A stretch of DNA of 41,863 nt from a virus (IMGVR_UViG_3300033076_000919:1-41863); one strand, 5' to 3'. Shown: positions 1 to 10,511, counted from the stretch's first letter. Translations and numbers: made by a program. Notes: generated from the sequence alone by a model not told the origin.

Positions 1-78
1 GGTTCCGCATCTCGAATAACCGCTAGCTACGAAATTCCCCGTAGTGCTCACCATGTTACTGCTAAAATAGCGTGCGGT

Positions 79-633
79 TTATCCGTGTTTCTTTGCCCGC
101 TTTTTGGCGGGGTAGAGCGCGATTACGTTTGAGGGAACTTCCGATACATCCTCGGGAGACTCACAAACTCTATCTACTTCAAAGGTACTCGTGTCCCCAT
201 TTTGGGAACACAATGGCCGCGTTCCCTTTTTGCCACTGCTGACAACCGCGTTTTGACTGAGTAAACGGGCAATCTGCTCATCGTCCAAAAGGTAGCAATT
301 CGATGTCTGTTTTCCGTCCACTACCCGGCGCACAATGCGAATCACTCCACGTTCCTTCAATTCCTTCAAATGCCGGAACACCGTCTTGCGGTCGATGTCG
401 GCAGCGTCTGCCATAGACTCTCCGGAAGGGATGATGCCCAGCGAGCCGCGAAACGTCTTCAGCACGCACAGAAAGCCCAGCGCGGCCATAGACAGCCTAG
501 CCTCACGGATGACGCGCCAATACATCTTCACCGACTTTGGGCCGCTCTTCTTTTTTAGGCTCACTTTCTGGATTCCTCCAGCACCTTGTTGAACGCTTGG
601 GAGACTGCGGTTGTTGGGTTTTCCTTTCGCCAT
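79..633 (-). CDS. Helix-turn-helix domain protein (phage replication-initiator-like winged HTH)
   Basis: Motif PSGESMADAADIDRKTVFRHLKELKERGVI...SNCY. Start moved to ATG 633, which lies 8 nt after a TTGGCG-17-CACGGT promoter-like element. Confidence 0.75.
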   Translation of the reverse strand: MAKGKPNNRSLPSVQQGAGGIQKVSLKKKSGPKSVKMYWRVIREARLSMAALGFLCVLKTFRGSLGIIPSGESMADAADIDRKTVFRHLKELKERGVIRIVRRVVDGKQTSNCYLLDDEQIARLLSQNAVVSSGKKGTRPLCSQNGDTSTFEVDRVCESPEDVSEVPSNVIALYPAKKRAKKHG

Positions 634-871
634 TTCTCCCAACCGTGGGCGGCATCTGGATTTGCGCCAAGTGCTATCAGGTTTTGCGCATTGTCTGCCA
701 TCCCCTTTTTGCACAAGTCGAGAGCAAGATCAGGAATCGGTGTTGACGAGTGAACGACTCGCGGCGTATAGGTAGGTGTCATCTGTTTCGCTGGTAGAGG
801 TATCAGCAAATGCTCTGGGCCGCAATCTCAAAAAGGTTGCGGCCCTTCGCTCTTTCGGATACATGGGGCAC

Positions 872-934
872 GTGAAAGCCTTCGCTGTCATCTTCATTCT
901 CACTGCGGCCTTTTGGGCATTGGTGCTTCTCTGA
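872..934 (+). CDS. Putative 20-aa hydrophobic peptide (MKAFAVIFILTAAFWALVLL)
   Basis: GTG lies 6 nt after TTGCGG-17-TACATG, and the TGA overlaps the ATG of the next gene (TGATG). Confidence 0.4.
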   Translation: MKAFAVIFILTAAFWALVLL

Positions 935-1656
935 TGTTTCCGACCGCTCCATTATTTATCCCCGGCGCGCAGCCGCAAAGGCGGGCGTTTGGCGGGGCGT
1001 CGTTTGCTCCGACAGACATTGCAAACTGTTCGCTATGGCTGGCAGCGGATAGAATCACCGGGCTTGTGGACGGCGACCCGGTTTCGACATGGGCAGACGG
1101 AAGCGGGAACGGGAAGAATGCCACGCAAACCGGAACGGCGCGCCCTACCTACAAAACGAACATTCTCAACGGGCTCCCTGTCCTTCGTTTGGATGGTTCT
1201 AACGATTGCATGGAAACGGCATCAACTGTCACGGTGGCGTCGATATTCTTTGTAGCCAAGTATTCCGGGGGGGCGACGTGGGCGACTAGCTTCATGGGCA
1301 TTCTCACGGCTGCGGGAGGATTCACAAGCGATTCCGCAGACATTTGGTTCATCGGCAGCAGCAGCGGCGGGACGGCGTTCTACGACCCCGGCAGCGCGTT
1401 TGCAAACATCTACAAAAACGGAGCCGGGCCTTCCTCTTTAGGAACTGCAAACATCGCCCCAATGAATGCGTTCGCATACATAAACGGCACGCGGTCAAGC
1501 GCGGTTACAAAGACCGTAAAAATCGGACAAGACCGCAATAACGCAGGGCGCTTTTTGAATGGAGACATTGCGGAGATCATCATGTATAGCGTGGCCCCAT
1601 CAAGCGGCGACCGCGTGATTTTGCAAAACTACCTTGCCGCGAAATACGCTCTTTAA
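934..1656 (+). CDS. Virion-associated LamG/concanavalin-A-like domain protein
   Basis: LWLAAD...VSTWADGSGNG...ATQ...RPTY...NGLP and C-terminal LNGDIAEII.Y...YLAAKY, typical of LamG-like phage proteins. Confidence 0.75.
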   Translation: MFPTAPLFIPGAQPQRRAFGGASFAPTDIANCSLWLAADRITGLVDGDPVSTWADGSGNGKNATQTGTARPTYKTNILNGLPVLRLDGSNDCMETASTVTVASIFFVAKYSGGATWATSFMGILTAAGGFTSDSADIWFIGSSSGGTAFYDPGSAFANIYKNGAGPSSLGTANIAPMNAFAYINGTRSSAVTKTVKIGQDRNNAGRFLNGDIAEIIMYSVAPSSGDRVILQNYLAAKYAL

Positions 1657-1659
1657 TTT

Positions 1660-3057
1660 ATGGCTTCTACTGACGCTCTCAACCTTCCGATAAAGGCAAC
1701 GGCCATCCGCATCCCAATCGGGCCTTTCTTTGATGACACTGGCCTTGTGATTACCGGATGGACTGGGGCTGATTCGGAGATTTCAAAGGATGGCGGCTCG
1801 TTTACTGACTGCACAAACGAGGCGACGGAAATCGGCACAAGCGGGGCTGGATACCTTGATCTCACTTCCACGGAAACGAACACGGATGGAATCTGGATTA
1901 AGACCACCATCACAAACACGGATGCGCGCCCTTTCTTTTGGTATTCGGCAACCCAGCGCGCCGGGGCATACATTCGCGGAGACACGCGGGAACTCTCAGG
2001 AACGGCGCAAACGGCGCGAGACATTGGCGCAAGCGTCCTTCTCTCTCCCGGCACGGGAACGGGGCAAATCTCACTTTCCTCGGGCGCTGTGACGGCAGGC
2101 ACCGTAAGCGATAAAACGGGCTACAGCCTCACGCAAACATTCCCGGCGAACTTCTCCGCGCTTGCGATTACGGCAGGCGGTGCGGTAACTGCCGGAACGG
2201 TATCGGACAAAACGGGCTACTCGCTCGCATCTGGAGGGCTCGCATCCATCACGACTTGGACGGTTGCAATCACCGGGAACATCACTGGCAACCTTTCCGG
2301 ATCAGTGGGCAGCGTCACGGGGCTTACGGCGTCCAACCTCGACGCCACCATTTCAAGCCGTCTTCCCACTTCCAGCTACAGCGCGCCGCCGTCTGCGGCA
2401 ACCATCGCAACCCAGGTTGACACCACGCTTACAGCCTCCCACGGCTCCGGGTCGTGGTCATCAGGTGGCAGCGGTTCGGGAGCATACACAATTACAGTTA
2501 CGGTCACGGACGGCACAGACCCGCTCCAGAATGCAATCGTGCGCGTCACGGAAGGGATCAACTCCTACACCGTTTCCACAAACGCCAGCGGGCAAGGTGC
2601 CTTTGCGCTCGATGCTGCTACCTACGATGTTGCCGTCACGAAAGACGGCTATCAGTTCACCCCGACAACTCGCACGGTCACGGGGAACGAGGCGGGCACG
2701 CTCACGAACGATTTAGAACTCACAGAGACGGTCATCCCGGCGCCGGCATCGCCTGACCTCTGCACGGTTTCCATGTATTGCGTCGATGCAGCGGGCGCCG
2801 CGGTTTCCGGGCTCGTGGTCACGTTTACCCTCTACCCTGAGAACGCATCGAGGAACGATGACAACGTGATTACCACTCGCACCAAGACGGCCACCAGCAA
2901 CGGAAGCGGGCTGATACAGGTCGCGCTTATCCGCACGGACTACATCACGCAGGCGGGGGCATACTACAAATGCACGGCCACCGGGGCAAGCGTTGTGCCT
3001 AGCCAGCCGATTTACCTCACGGCGGCAACCTACGACCTCTCCGGCATTATCGTTTGA
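1660..3057 (+). CDS. Ser/Thr/Gly-rich virion structural protein with carboxypeptidase-regulatory-like (Ig-like) domain
   Basis: 465 aa and S/T/G-rich, with ITVTVTDGTDPLQNAIVRV...TNASG...YDVAVTKDGY and an internal repeat AVTAGTVSDKTGYSL x2. Confidence 0.65.
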   Translation: MASTDALNLPIKATAIRIPIGPFFDDTGLVITGWTGADSEISKDGGSFTDCTNEATEIGTSGAGYLDLTSTETNTDGIWIKTTITNTDARPFFWYSATQRAGAYIRGDTRELSGTAQTARDIGASVLLSPGTGTGQISLSSGAVTAGTVSDKTGYSLTQTFPANFSALAITAGGAVTAGTVSDKTGYSLASGGLASITTWTVAITGNITGNLSGSVGSVTGLTASNLDATISSRLPTSSYSAPPSAATIATQVDTTLTASHGSGSWSSGGSGSGAYTITVTVTDGTDPLQNAIVRVTEGINSYTVSTNASGQGAFALDAATYDVAVTKDGYQFTPTTRTVTGNEAGTLTNDLELTETVIPAPASPDLCTVSMYCVDAAGAAVSGLVVTFTLYPENASRNDDNVITTRTKTATSNGSGLIQVALIRTDYITQAGAYYKCTATGASVVPSQPIYLTAATYDLSGIIV

Positions 3058-3116
3058 CGCGGCAAAAGGCTTGTGCAAGAAAGCGGGGCTGTGAACTCGC
3101 TTGATACGCAAGACCA

Positions 3117-3566
3117 ATGCCGCTTCTGACCGTCCATAAACTAGCCGAGCTGACCGGGAAACAGCGCGTCACGCTGAACAAGCGGCTTGATAATGTGCCG
3201 TTCACGCTAGGCAACGGCGATGTGAAGCCGCAGAAGCTTTACGATTCAAAGGTCGCGCTTGAATACATCTATTGCGGGGGCGCGGTCAGCGAGGATGGCG
3301 AGCCAACAGAGCGCATCCCTACACAGCAGGAAGCAGCCCGCGACCTGTCCATCGCGAAGCGGAAGGAAATCGATTTGAAGATGGAGGTATTGAGGAAGGA
3401 AAGGATTCCGTTGGAAGATATTTGCGCCGTGAACGAGCAGGCGTTTTTGCACGTCGCAGGGCTGATCAAGAGCAACGAGGGAAAGATGCTCACGGCTGAA
3501 CTTGTGAACGACATCTTTACCGGGATTCGGGAGATCGGCGCGAAACTGAAACTAGGCGATGAATGA
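3117..3566 (+). CDS. terS: Terminase small subunit (Nu1-like)
   Basis: N-terminal HTH plus coiled coil; overlaps the start of terL. Confidence 0.8.
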   Translation: MPLLTVHKLAELTGKQRVTLNKRLDNVPFTLGNGDVKPQKLYDSKVALEYIYCGGAVSEDGEPTERIPTQQEAARDLSIAKRKEIDLKMEVLRKERIPLEDICAVNEQAFLHVAGLIKSNEGKMLTAELVNDIFTGIREIGAKLKLGDE

Positions 3567-5487
3567 CACCCTTTCGTTAGAGTCCTATCGCCGCGCAGTG
3601 GCGCACACGCTAACGCGCTGCTTTTCCCCGTGGCAGCGGATGCCCCCCGCAGTTTGGGCGGAAGAGGTCTATCGCCTGCCAAATGGAGGACGGTTCAAAT
3701 GGGCGTATGCGCCCTATGTGCGGCAGATTTTCGAGAGCTACTTCGACCCGAAGATCATCGAGACTAACCTGATGATGTATTCCCGTGGGTTGAAGTCCAC
3801 CACGGTTTTGCTTGCGATTGGATACACGATTGACCAAAGCCCGCGCCGCATCCTTTCGCTTTGGCCGACGAACTCTCAATCCGAAAAGTACTCAAAAGAC
3901 GTTTTGTGCGGGGAGCTGTTTAACACCACCGATTGCCTCTCATACCTTGGGGAAAGAGGAAAGAAGCGCGACGGATCAAATACCATCCTACATAAGAACT
4001 TTCCCGGTGGGCTGATTGACTTGTTCGGAGCGAACGCCCCAGGCGACATGCGGCGCGCCAAAGGTTCGTTTCTCTACGCGGACGAAATTGACGCCATTGA
4101 CACCACGGAAACCGACGAGGGCGATCAGCTTGCCATTTTCTCTAAACGTGGCGACGAATACCCCGATACCATCCGAATTTATGCCTCATACCCCTCGCTG
4201 AAAGGACACTCGCGCATCGAGAGCAAGATGCAAGAGACTGACTGGAATCAATGGTATTCGACCTGCGTCGTCTGCGGCGGCGAGCCGTTCGTGATGCACC
4301 GCCGAATGCTAAAATACGATGCCGACAACACCGCAGGGGCGCGCTTTGAATGCCCTAGGTGCAAGGCCATGCTCACGGACTCGCAGCGGTATGAGATGGC
4401 GCACAAGCAGGGGTTCAACAACTGGAAACCATCTCGTGAGTTTCGCGGGCGACGTGGATTCCATGCCAACGCAATGCTTTGGCCGCATCCTGTGGACACG
4501 CAGAAGTTCCCCGGTGGGTTTTTGCAGATGATGGCAGAGCAAGAGGTTGCCGCAGAGCGCAGCGACAACCCCCACCGCTCCCGCCGCGTGCTCGTTAACA
4601 CGGTTGACGCGGAGACATACGACCCTGACACCAAGAGCGAAATCCCGCCCGATTGGATGCAGCTTCTACAGCGCCGGGAAAGCTACGCCACAGACGCGGA
4701 AATCAAGCTTCCCATCGCCTGCCTTTACATGACGGCGGGCATAGACGTTCAACCAGACCGCCTCGAAATCACGCGGACGGCATGGGGGCGAGATGAAAAA
4801 AGCTGGCATGTGGATCACGTCATCGTGGCTGGCGACATCAAAAGCCCAGAGACGTGGAAGGCGTTTGAAAAGGAGCTTTTGCGGGACTACAAGCGCGAGG
4901 ACGGCGCACCGCTGGAACTGTCTTTTGCGCTCATTGACGCGGGCCACGGGGCTGAGCATCTGCTATGGTTCTTTGAATACCTCCGCACAAGCAATTCGCC
5001 GCTAAAGGGCAAGATTCGGGCGTGCCGTGGTAGCTCGCAATACCCGCATCCAATCGTGGATTTCAAATGGGCGCGCCTTGTGAAGCAGCTTAAGGGGCAT
5101 TGGGTGGGCGGCGACGAGGCAAAAGACCTCATCTACTCACGGCTAAAGATGGCAGAAGACGGCCCCGGGTATCGCCACTACGGGCGGAACTGCAACGAGG
5201 GATTTTTTAAGCAGCTTTGCGCGGAGAAATTAACCGTAGGATTTGAACGCGGGAACGAAACGCGCCGTTTCAAAAACGAAGACCACGTTCGGAACGAAGC
5301 TTTGGACTGCGCGGTGTATTCCTTCGCCGCTTTCCGCCTAAAACGGCCAAACCTCGACATTTTAGAGCGTGAATTGGTGGCAAAAGCGATGCAGCCGGAA
5401 GAAAAACAGCGGGTAGAAGCGGAACAGCCAAAGCCAACGCCATCAAAACGCGGTTTTGTCGGATTCTCTGGAAAGTGGAGTCTCTAA
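3559..5487 (+). CDS. terL: Terminase large subunit, lambda GpA family
   Basis: 642 aa with PY.R.I, Walker B LYADEID, Zn motifs C..CG/CP.C, nuclease TAGIDVQ.DRLE, IDAG and RNEALDC.VY. Confidence 0.95.
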   Translation: MNDTLSLESYRRAVAHTLTRCFSPWQRMPPAVWAEEVYRLPNGGRFKWAYAPYVRQIFESYFDPKIIETNLMMYSRGLKSTTVLLAIGYTIDQSPRRILSLWPTNSQSEKYSKDVLCGELFNTTDCLSYLGERGKKRDGSNTILHKNFPGGLIDLFGANAPGDMRRAKGSFLYADEIDAIDTTETDEGDQLAIFSKRGDEYPDTIRIYASYPSLKGHSRIESKMQETDWNQWYSTCVVCGGEPFVMHRRMLKYDADNTAGARFECPRCKAMLTDSQRYEMAHKQGFNNWKPSREFRGRRGFHANAMLWPHPVDTQKFPGGFLQMMAEQEVAAERSDNPHRSRRVLVNTVDAETYDPDTKSEIPPDWMQLLQRRESYATDAEIKLPIACLYMTAGIDVQPDRLEITRTAWGRDEKSWHVDHVIVAGDIKSPETWKAFEKELLRDYKREDGAPLELSFALIDAGHGAEHLLWFFEYLRTSNSPLKGKIRACRGSSQYPHPIVDFKWARLVKQLKGHWVGGDEAKDLIYSRLKMAEDGPGYRHYGRNCNEGFFKQLCAEKLTVGFERGNETRRFKNEDHVRNEALDCAVYSFAAFRLKRPNLDILERELVAKAMQPEEKQRVEAEQPKPTPSKRGFVGFSGKWSL

Positions 5488-5529
5488 AGGGCGCTTGACG
5501 CAACTGATTTGCAATAGTAAAACCAGCGC

Positions 5530-6129
5530 ATGGCACTCGATGCTATCGTTGGCGTGCCGTGCTCCTTTGAAAGCGGAAACACGGTTATTTTTACCGAGCA
5601 ATTCGCGGATTACTCCCCTGCGGATTGGGCGGCTACGATCTATTTGTCATTGAACGGCGTCCCGGTGAACAACACGACCGCAACGGAAAGCGGCGTGACG
5701 TATACTTTCACGATTGCGGCGACCACGACGGCAGCTTTCCAGCCGGGAACCTATGACTACGTGATCAGGGTTGCGGGCGGGGGCGAGGTAGCCACGGCAA
5801 AGACGGGTCAAATCAACGTCCTCCAAAACCTTGCAGTTGCGGCAACGCCTAGCACCGCACAGGCAATGCTTACGGCTATCGACGCCACAATTACCGCCCT
5901 TCTAGGCAGCGGCAACCAGAGCGTGAGCTTCAATGGGCAGAGCTACACAAAACGGAATATTACCGAGCTTCGCCAGATGCGACTAGACCTGCAAGCCGAG
6001 GTCATCAAGGAGCAGCGCGCAGCGGCGGCAGCAAGAGGGCGCGACGTAAGCGGAAGCCGCAACGTGCGATTCAACAACGGCGGCGACATTTGGCCGTATT
6101 ATGGCCGATACCCGATCATTCGCGGATGA
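5530..6129 (+). CDS. Head-tail joining protein (C-terminal gpW-like domain, N-terminal Ig-like domain)
   Basis: Lies between terL and portal. LTAIDATI..L..G.QSVSFNGQSYT..NI.ELR resembles gpW. Confidence 0.75.
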   Translation: MALDAIVGVPCSFESGNTVIFTEQFADYSPADWAATIYLSLNGVPVNNTTATESGVTYTFTIAATTTAAFQPGTYDYVIRVAGGGEVATAKTGQINVLQNLAVAATPSTAQAMLTAIDATITALLGSGNQSVSFNGQSYTKRNITELRQMRLDLQAEVIKEQRAAAAARGRDVSGSRNVRFNNGGDIWPYYGRYPIIRG

Positions 6130-7832
6130 AAAAGAAACCCAAAAAGCCAGCAGCGCGGAAACAGAAAGAAACCGCATCATCCGTTCGCAGCTATCGCGAA
6201 ATCGTAGGGCTTTCCGGCCCTTATTCCGATTGGTCGCTCTCCTTTCTGTCTGAGGACGCCGACCTATGGCAAAACAACGCAGTCATGCGCGACCGTGCGC
6301 GGGACTTGTTCAAGACGAACGCTTACCTTGCCAAGTATTCGGAGGAGTTGCGCGCAAACGTTCCCGGCGAGGACGGATTGCGCCTGCGGATGAAGATTAA
6401 AGAGGAAATCGACCGCATCGTGTATGCAGCCGATGAAAAGCAATTCCTCGACGCTCATTCAGACAAAATCGAACGCCTTCGTGAGTATGGAAACCAGAAA
6501 GGCCGCTCAGAGTTCCGGCTTTTTCGCACGCCTTACAACCGCGCCAAGGCGACGGTGCAAGCTGGGCAGCTTGACCTCTACGCCTGCACGCTCATCGAGA
6601 ACGCTTGGAGGGAATGGCAGCGCAAAGAGTTCTGCACAGTCACGGGAAAATACACCTACAACGAGACCCGCCAAATCCGACTCATTTCCGCAGCGCGTGA
6701 CGGGGATTTCTTCATCCGCAAGATTGAAGACGCCAAGATCAACAAGTTCGGATTCAGCCTCCAGTTGATTAACTCCGAATGGTGCGACTTCAATTTGAAC
6801 ATTGCCAGATTGGAGAATGGAAACACGATCCGAATGGGGATTGAAATGGACAGCTACGGAAAGCCCGTGGCGTTCCACTTCATCAAGGTCGATCCGTGGG
6901 CGTGGCAGTTTGGGCAGCCCGGATGGAACGTCACAGCAGCCAAAGGACACGAACGCATCCCGGCGAAGGAAATCATTCACTACGCACGATTCAGCAACGC
7001 GGACAGCACACGCCCGGCTCCGTGGTGCGCGCCTGTGATGCAGAAGATTCGGCAGCTTGATAAGTTTGAAGAGGCCGAAGTCATTGCAGCCCGTGCAGCC
7101 GCAAGCAAAATGGGCGTTGTGGAGTCTGACATTGTGCCAGAGGGCGGCATCGATGTTTCTCCAGACCCGTGCAAGGCTGGCACATGGGAAATGAGTCCCG
7201 GCAGTATTCAAGGAATGCCGTTTGGCATGAAGATGCGCGCCATTGATTGGCAGCATCCAAACGGAAACTTTGAGAACTTCCGAAAGGGGATGCTCCGAAG
7301 CATTTGCGCGGGTCTTCCCGGCGCTGACTACAACGTCATTGCGAACGACCTAGAAAACATCAACTTTTCAGCGGGTCGACTGGGGCGTCTCGACACAAAC
7401 GAGATGTGGAAGCAGTTGCAGCGGTTCGACATTGAAACCGCAGAGCGCCCCATCTTCGAAGCGTGGCTGGAAATGGCGCTTCTCTCTGGCGTCATCAAGC
7501 TTCCTTACGCGAAGTATGCGAAATACAACAAGCCCCATTTCAGCGGTAGGCGATGGGCTGGCGTTGACGTGATGAAAGAAGTGAACGCGGCGGCAACGGC
7601 CATCGAAAATAAGATGATGAGCTATAGCCAGTGGTTTGACGAGCAAGGGCTAGACCTTGAAGAAGTTTGGATGGAGATCGCGGAAGAACAGATGCTTGCC
7701 GACGACCTCGGACTAGAACTGCCAAAACCGGAGGGCGCACAGAATGAAGAACCAGAAACCGAAGAAGAAGAAACCGAAGAACCAGCCAAAAAGCCCAAGG
7801 CCAAGTCCCGGCGACTCAATGGAGTTCACTAA
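6126..7832 (+). CDS. Portal protein, lambda family
   Basis: RDRARDL..N, GIEMD.YG.PVA.H, IPA.EIIH, DL..INFSAGR.G and KEVNA motifs; position in the head module. Confidence 0.95.
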   Translation: MKKKPKKPAARKQKETASSVRSYREIVGLSGPYSDWSLSFLSEDADLWQNNAVMRDRARDLFKTNAYLAKYSEELRANVPGEDGLRLRMKIKEEIDRIVYAADEKQFLDAHSDKIERLREYGNQKGRSEFRLFRTPYNRAKATVQAGQLDLYACTLIENAWREWQRKEFCTVTGKYTYNETRQIRLISAARDGDFFIRKIEDAKINKFGFSLQLINSEWCDFNLNIARLENGNTIRMGIEMDSYGKPVAFHFIKVDPWAWQFGQPGWNVTAAKGHERIPAKEIIHYARFSNADSTRPAPWCAPVMQKIRQLDKFEEAEVIAARAAASKMGVVESDIVPEGGIDVSPDPCKAGTWEMSPGSIQGMPFGMKMRAIDWQHPNGNFENFRKGMLRSICAGLPGADYNVIANDLENINFSAGRLGRLDTNEMWKQLQRFDIETAERPIFEAWLEMALLSGVIKLPYAKYAKYNKPHFSGRRWAGVDVMKEVNAAATAIENKMMSYSQWFDEQGLDLEEVWMEIAEEQMLADDLGLELPKPEGAQNEEPETEEEETEEPAKKPKAKSRRLNGVH

Positions 7833-7859
7833 CCGCGACCCGCGCAACCTGATTACACG

Positions 7860-9779
7860 ATGAACAAGCAAATCGAGATTCCAAAAACGCTACACCGCTC
7901 CGGTGGATTTGAGCCGATGGAGGATGGTTCAATGCGTCTCAGTATTTCCAGCGATGTGCCTTACCTGCGATATGATTACCGCAGCGGCGAAGAGTATTAC
8001 GAAGTCCTAGACCATACGCCGGGGGCCGTGGACATGTCCCGGCTGGAAGGTGGCGCGCCCCTGCTTTTCAACCATGACAGGAACGTGCTTATCGGCACGC
8101 TGAATAACCCAAAATGCACGGGTGGGCGTTGCTACGTCAACGCACGCATCAGCGAGGCTCCAGACGTGGAAAGCTACCGCGTGAAGGTTAAGGAAGGCAT
8201 CCTGAAAGATACCTCGATTGGCTACAGCATCACCAGCGATGGAACGCCAATGGGCAAGAAGGACGGGAAGCCCGTTTACAAGTTCAAGTTTGCCGTGCAT
8301 GAGGCATCGCTTGTCACAATTCCCGCAGATACCACGGTTGGCGTAGGTCGACAGAGGTCGGAAGAAAACGGAGCGGAAAAAGTCGTTATCGCAATCGACT
8401 TGCAAAAAGACATTGACGAAACACCAGAAATCGTGCAAACGCAAACCACTGGCAATAACGCGCCAACCAAAAAATCTATGAGCGAACAAATTGAAGCCCC
8501 AAAAATCGACATCGTAGCCGAACGCGCTAAATGGGAAAACGAATCCATCGCACGCCGGAAACAGTTCGACGAGTTTTGCGATACGGTAGCACAGAAGCGC
8601 AACATCGATGTCCGCCCGCTGGCGAAAGAGTATCTCGACGGCGACAAGCGCGCCAAGAGCTTCGATGATTTCCGCCAAGAGGTTTTCGTGGGTGAGTTCA
8701 AAGCCGTTCCGGTCAACACCAACGGCGAAATCCCCGGCGTGACGGAAAAGGAAGTGAAGCGGTTCAGCGTCATCAAGGCGCTTCGCGACATGGCGCAGGG
8801 TGGACGCCTTGAAGGCCTGGAGCGCGAGATGTGCGCAGCGGCACAAAAGGAGCTACGCCGCGACCTGAGCAAAGCAGGTGCTTTCATCCTTCCCGCCGAA
8901 GTCACTCGTCACTTCCAGATGGAACAGTTCATGCAGCGCGCTCAATCCGCTGGCGTGTTCTCCGCAGGCGGCGCGACTGTTGCGCAGGAAATGCAGGGGT
9001 TGATTGAATTTCTCCGCAACCAGACAGTCTTGGGCAAGCTGGGTATCACGATCCTTTCCGGCCTTGTCGGCGACCTCGTTTTCCCGGTTCAGACCGGGGG
9101 CGCGACCGCCTATTGGGTTTCTGAGACTGGTGCGCTGACTGATTCCGAAGCCACCTTCGGCAACAAGACGATGACACCCCATCGCCTTGGTGCAACGATT
9201 CCGCTCACCACGCAGCTACTCGCGCAGTCCAGCATTTCCATGGAAAACTGGGTGCGGACTGAACTCGACACCGTTACCGCGCTCAAAGCGGACGCGGCAG
9301 GACTCCAGGGCACCGGAGTTGCAGGCGAGCCGCTCGGCGTCGCCAACACCACGGGCATCAACGCAACCGTCACTTTTGGCGGAGCGGCCACATGGGAAGA
9401 CGTGGTCGAGTTTGAAACCGGAATCGCCACGGATAACGCCATCATCGGTGAAATGAAGTTTGCGCTCTCCACCGCCGCAGTTGGCAAGTGGAAGACCATC
9501 CTACGCAGTTCGGTGGCTGGCGCGTCTTACCTCATTTTGGACAACATGACCGCCAACGGCTACACAGTGGAGCGCACAAACCAGATTGCCGGGAACATCG
9601 CCTTCTTTGGCGTGTGGGCTCAGTTGCTTCGCGGCATCTGGGCGGGCCGCGAAATCATCGTTGACCCCTACGCGCTGAAGAAGTCCGGCCAGATTGAAGT
9701 TACCGTCAACGAAATGACGGACTTCCTCTGCCGCCAGCCCGCTTCGTTCAATGTTTCCACCGACTCCGCTGCTCAGTAA
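7860..9779 (+). CDS. Fused prohead protease / HK97-fold major capsid protein
   Basis: N-terminal EVLDH...PLLFNHD...SIGY...EASLVTIPAD..VG (protease). C-terminal capsid with P.QTGGATAYWVSE and VDPY. Confidence 0.92.
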   Translation: MNKQIEIPKTLHRSGGFEPMEDGSMRLSISSDVPYLRYDYRSGEEYYEVLDHTPGAVDMSRLEGGAPLLFNHDRNVLIGTLNNPKCTGGRCYVNARISEAPDVESYRVKVKEGILKDTSIGYSITSDGTPMGKKDGKPVYKFKFAVHEASLVTIPADTTVGVGRQRSEENGAEKVVIAIDLQKDIDETPEIVQTQTTGNNAPTKKSMSEQIEAPKIDIVAERAKWENESIARRKQFDEFCDTVAQKRNIDVRPLAKEYLDGDKRAKSFDDFRQEVFVGEFKAVPVNTNGEIPGVTEKEVKRFSVIKALRDMAQGGRLEGLEREMCAAAQKELRRDLSKAGAFILPAEVTRHFQMEQFMQRAQSAGVFSAGGATVAQEMQGLIEFLRNQTVLGKLGITILSGLVGDLVFPVQTGGATAYWVSETGALTDSEATFGNKTMTPHRLGATIPLTTQLLAQSSISMENWVRTELDTVTALKADAAGLQGTGVAGEPLGVANTTGINATVTFGGAATWEDVVEFETGIATDNAIIGEMKFALSTAAVGKWKTILRSSVAGASYLILDNMTANGYTVERTNQIAGNIAFFGVWAQLLRGIWAGREIIVDPYALKKSGQIEVTVNEMTDFLCRQPASFNVSTDSAAQ

Positions 9780-9781
9780 TT

Positions 9782-10060
9782 ATGAAAGCCGAAGTAATCG
9801 CAACCCGCAAGCAGGGCAACACCACGATTGATTCTCGACCTGTAAAGGTTGGCGACATCGTGGAATTGTCCGAAGCCACGCTCAAAAACCTTTGCCGAAA
9901 AGGCATCGTCAAACCCTCTGACAACGAGGCTAAGGCGGTTGACCTTTCAGCCCCGTCTATTCTGGACGAGGAGCAGGCACGCAATCAGGCCAACGACCTC
10001 GCCGCAGCCCGCGCAGTCAAAAAGGCAGCGGACGACAAAGCCAAAGCGCAAAACAAATAA
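9782..10060 (+). CDS. Small head-associated hypothetical protein
   Basis: Directly after the capsid gene; GDIVELSE...L...G motif common at this position in phage genomes. Confidence 0.6.
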   Translation: MKAEVIATRKQGNTTIDSRPVKVGDIVELSEATLKNLCRKGIVKPSDNEAKAVDLSAPSILDEEQARNQANDLAAARAVKKAADDKAKAQNK

Positions 10061-10072
10061 CCACCCAACACA

Positions 10073-10453
10073 ATGGACGTAAACGGACAATTCACAGCAG
10101 TCACGCTGCTTAACAAGCAGATTTCCACGGGCGCGGGAACGGCCACCTTTGCGGGTGTTGACCTCCGCGACTTTATCGGCGGATGCAAGCTCATCCTTTC
10201 CAACATCGCAAACACTGCGGACGGCTCGACCACCAACACTATCAGCTTGCTCGACAGCGCGGACAACACCACGTTCGCCGCGTTGACCTCGCCCACGTTT
10301 ACGCCCATCACGGCCACGACTGCGCTGCAAGAAGTGATGCTCGATACTCGCAGCGTGCGGCGTTACGTGCAGGCGCGGCACGTCGCCACTGGAACCACGG
10401 GCACGCATACGTGCGCTGTGATTCTGGTCGGTCAGAAGCAAGTTGAGCCCTAA
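10073..10453 (+). CDS. Head decoration / capsid cement-like protein
   Basis: Thr-rich; GVDLRDF...DSAD.TTF...RRYV pattern; follows the capsid genes. Confidence 0.65.
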   Translation: MDVNGQFTAVTLLNKQISTGAGTATFAGVDLRDFIGGCKLILSNIANTADGSTTNTISLLDSADNTTFAALTSPTFTPITATTALQEVMLDTRSVRRYVQARHVATGTTGTHTCAVILVGQKQVEP

Positions 10454-10480
10454 TTTTCGGGAGTGAGGTTTCATACAGGG

Positions 10481-10511
10481 AGCCCGCTGGGAGCAATTCC
10501 AGCGGGTTTTC
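10481..10511 (+). terminator. Intrinsic terminator after the head genes
   Basis: CCCGCTGG(G)A-GCAA-TTCCAGCGGG followed by TTTT. Confidence 0.8.

Noticed and set aside
6507-9499. Long antisense ORFs (6507..7256, 8007..8846, 8276..8905; likewise 11059..11871, 17588..18382)
   Set aside because: Shadows of well-supported + strand genes in GC-rich DNA.
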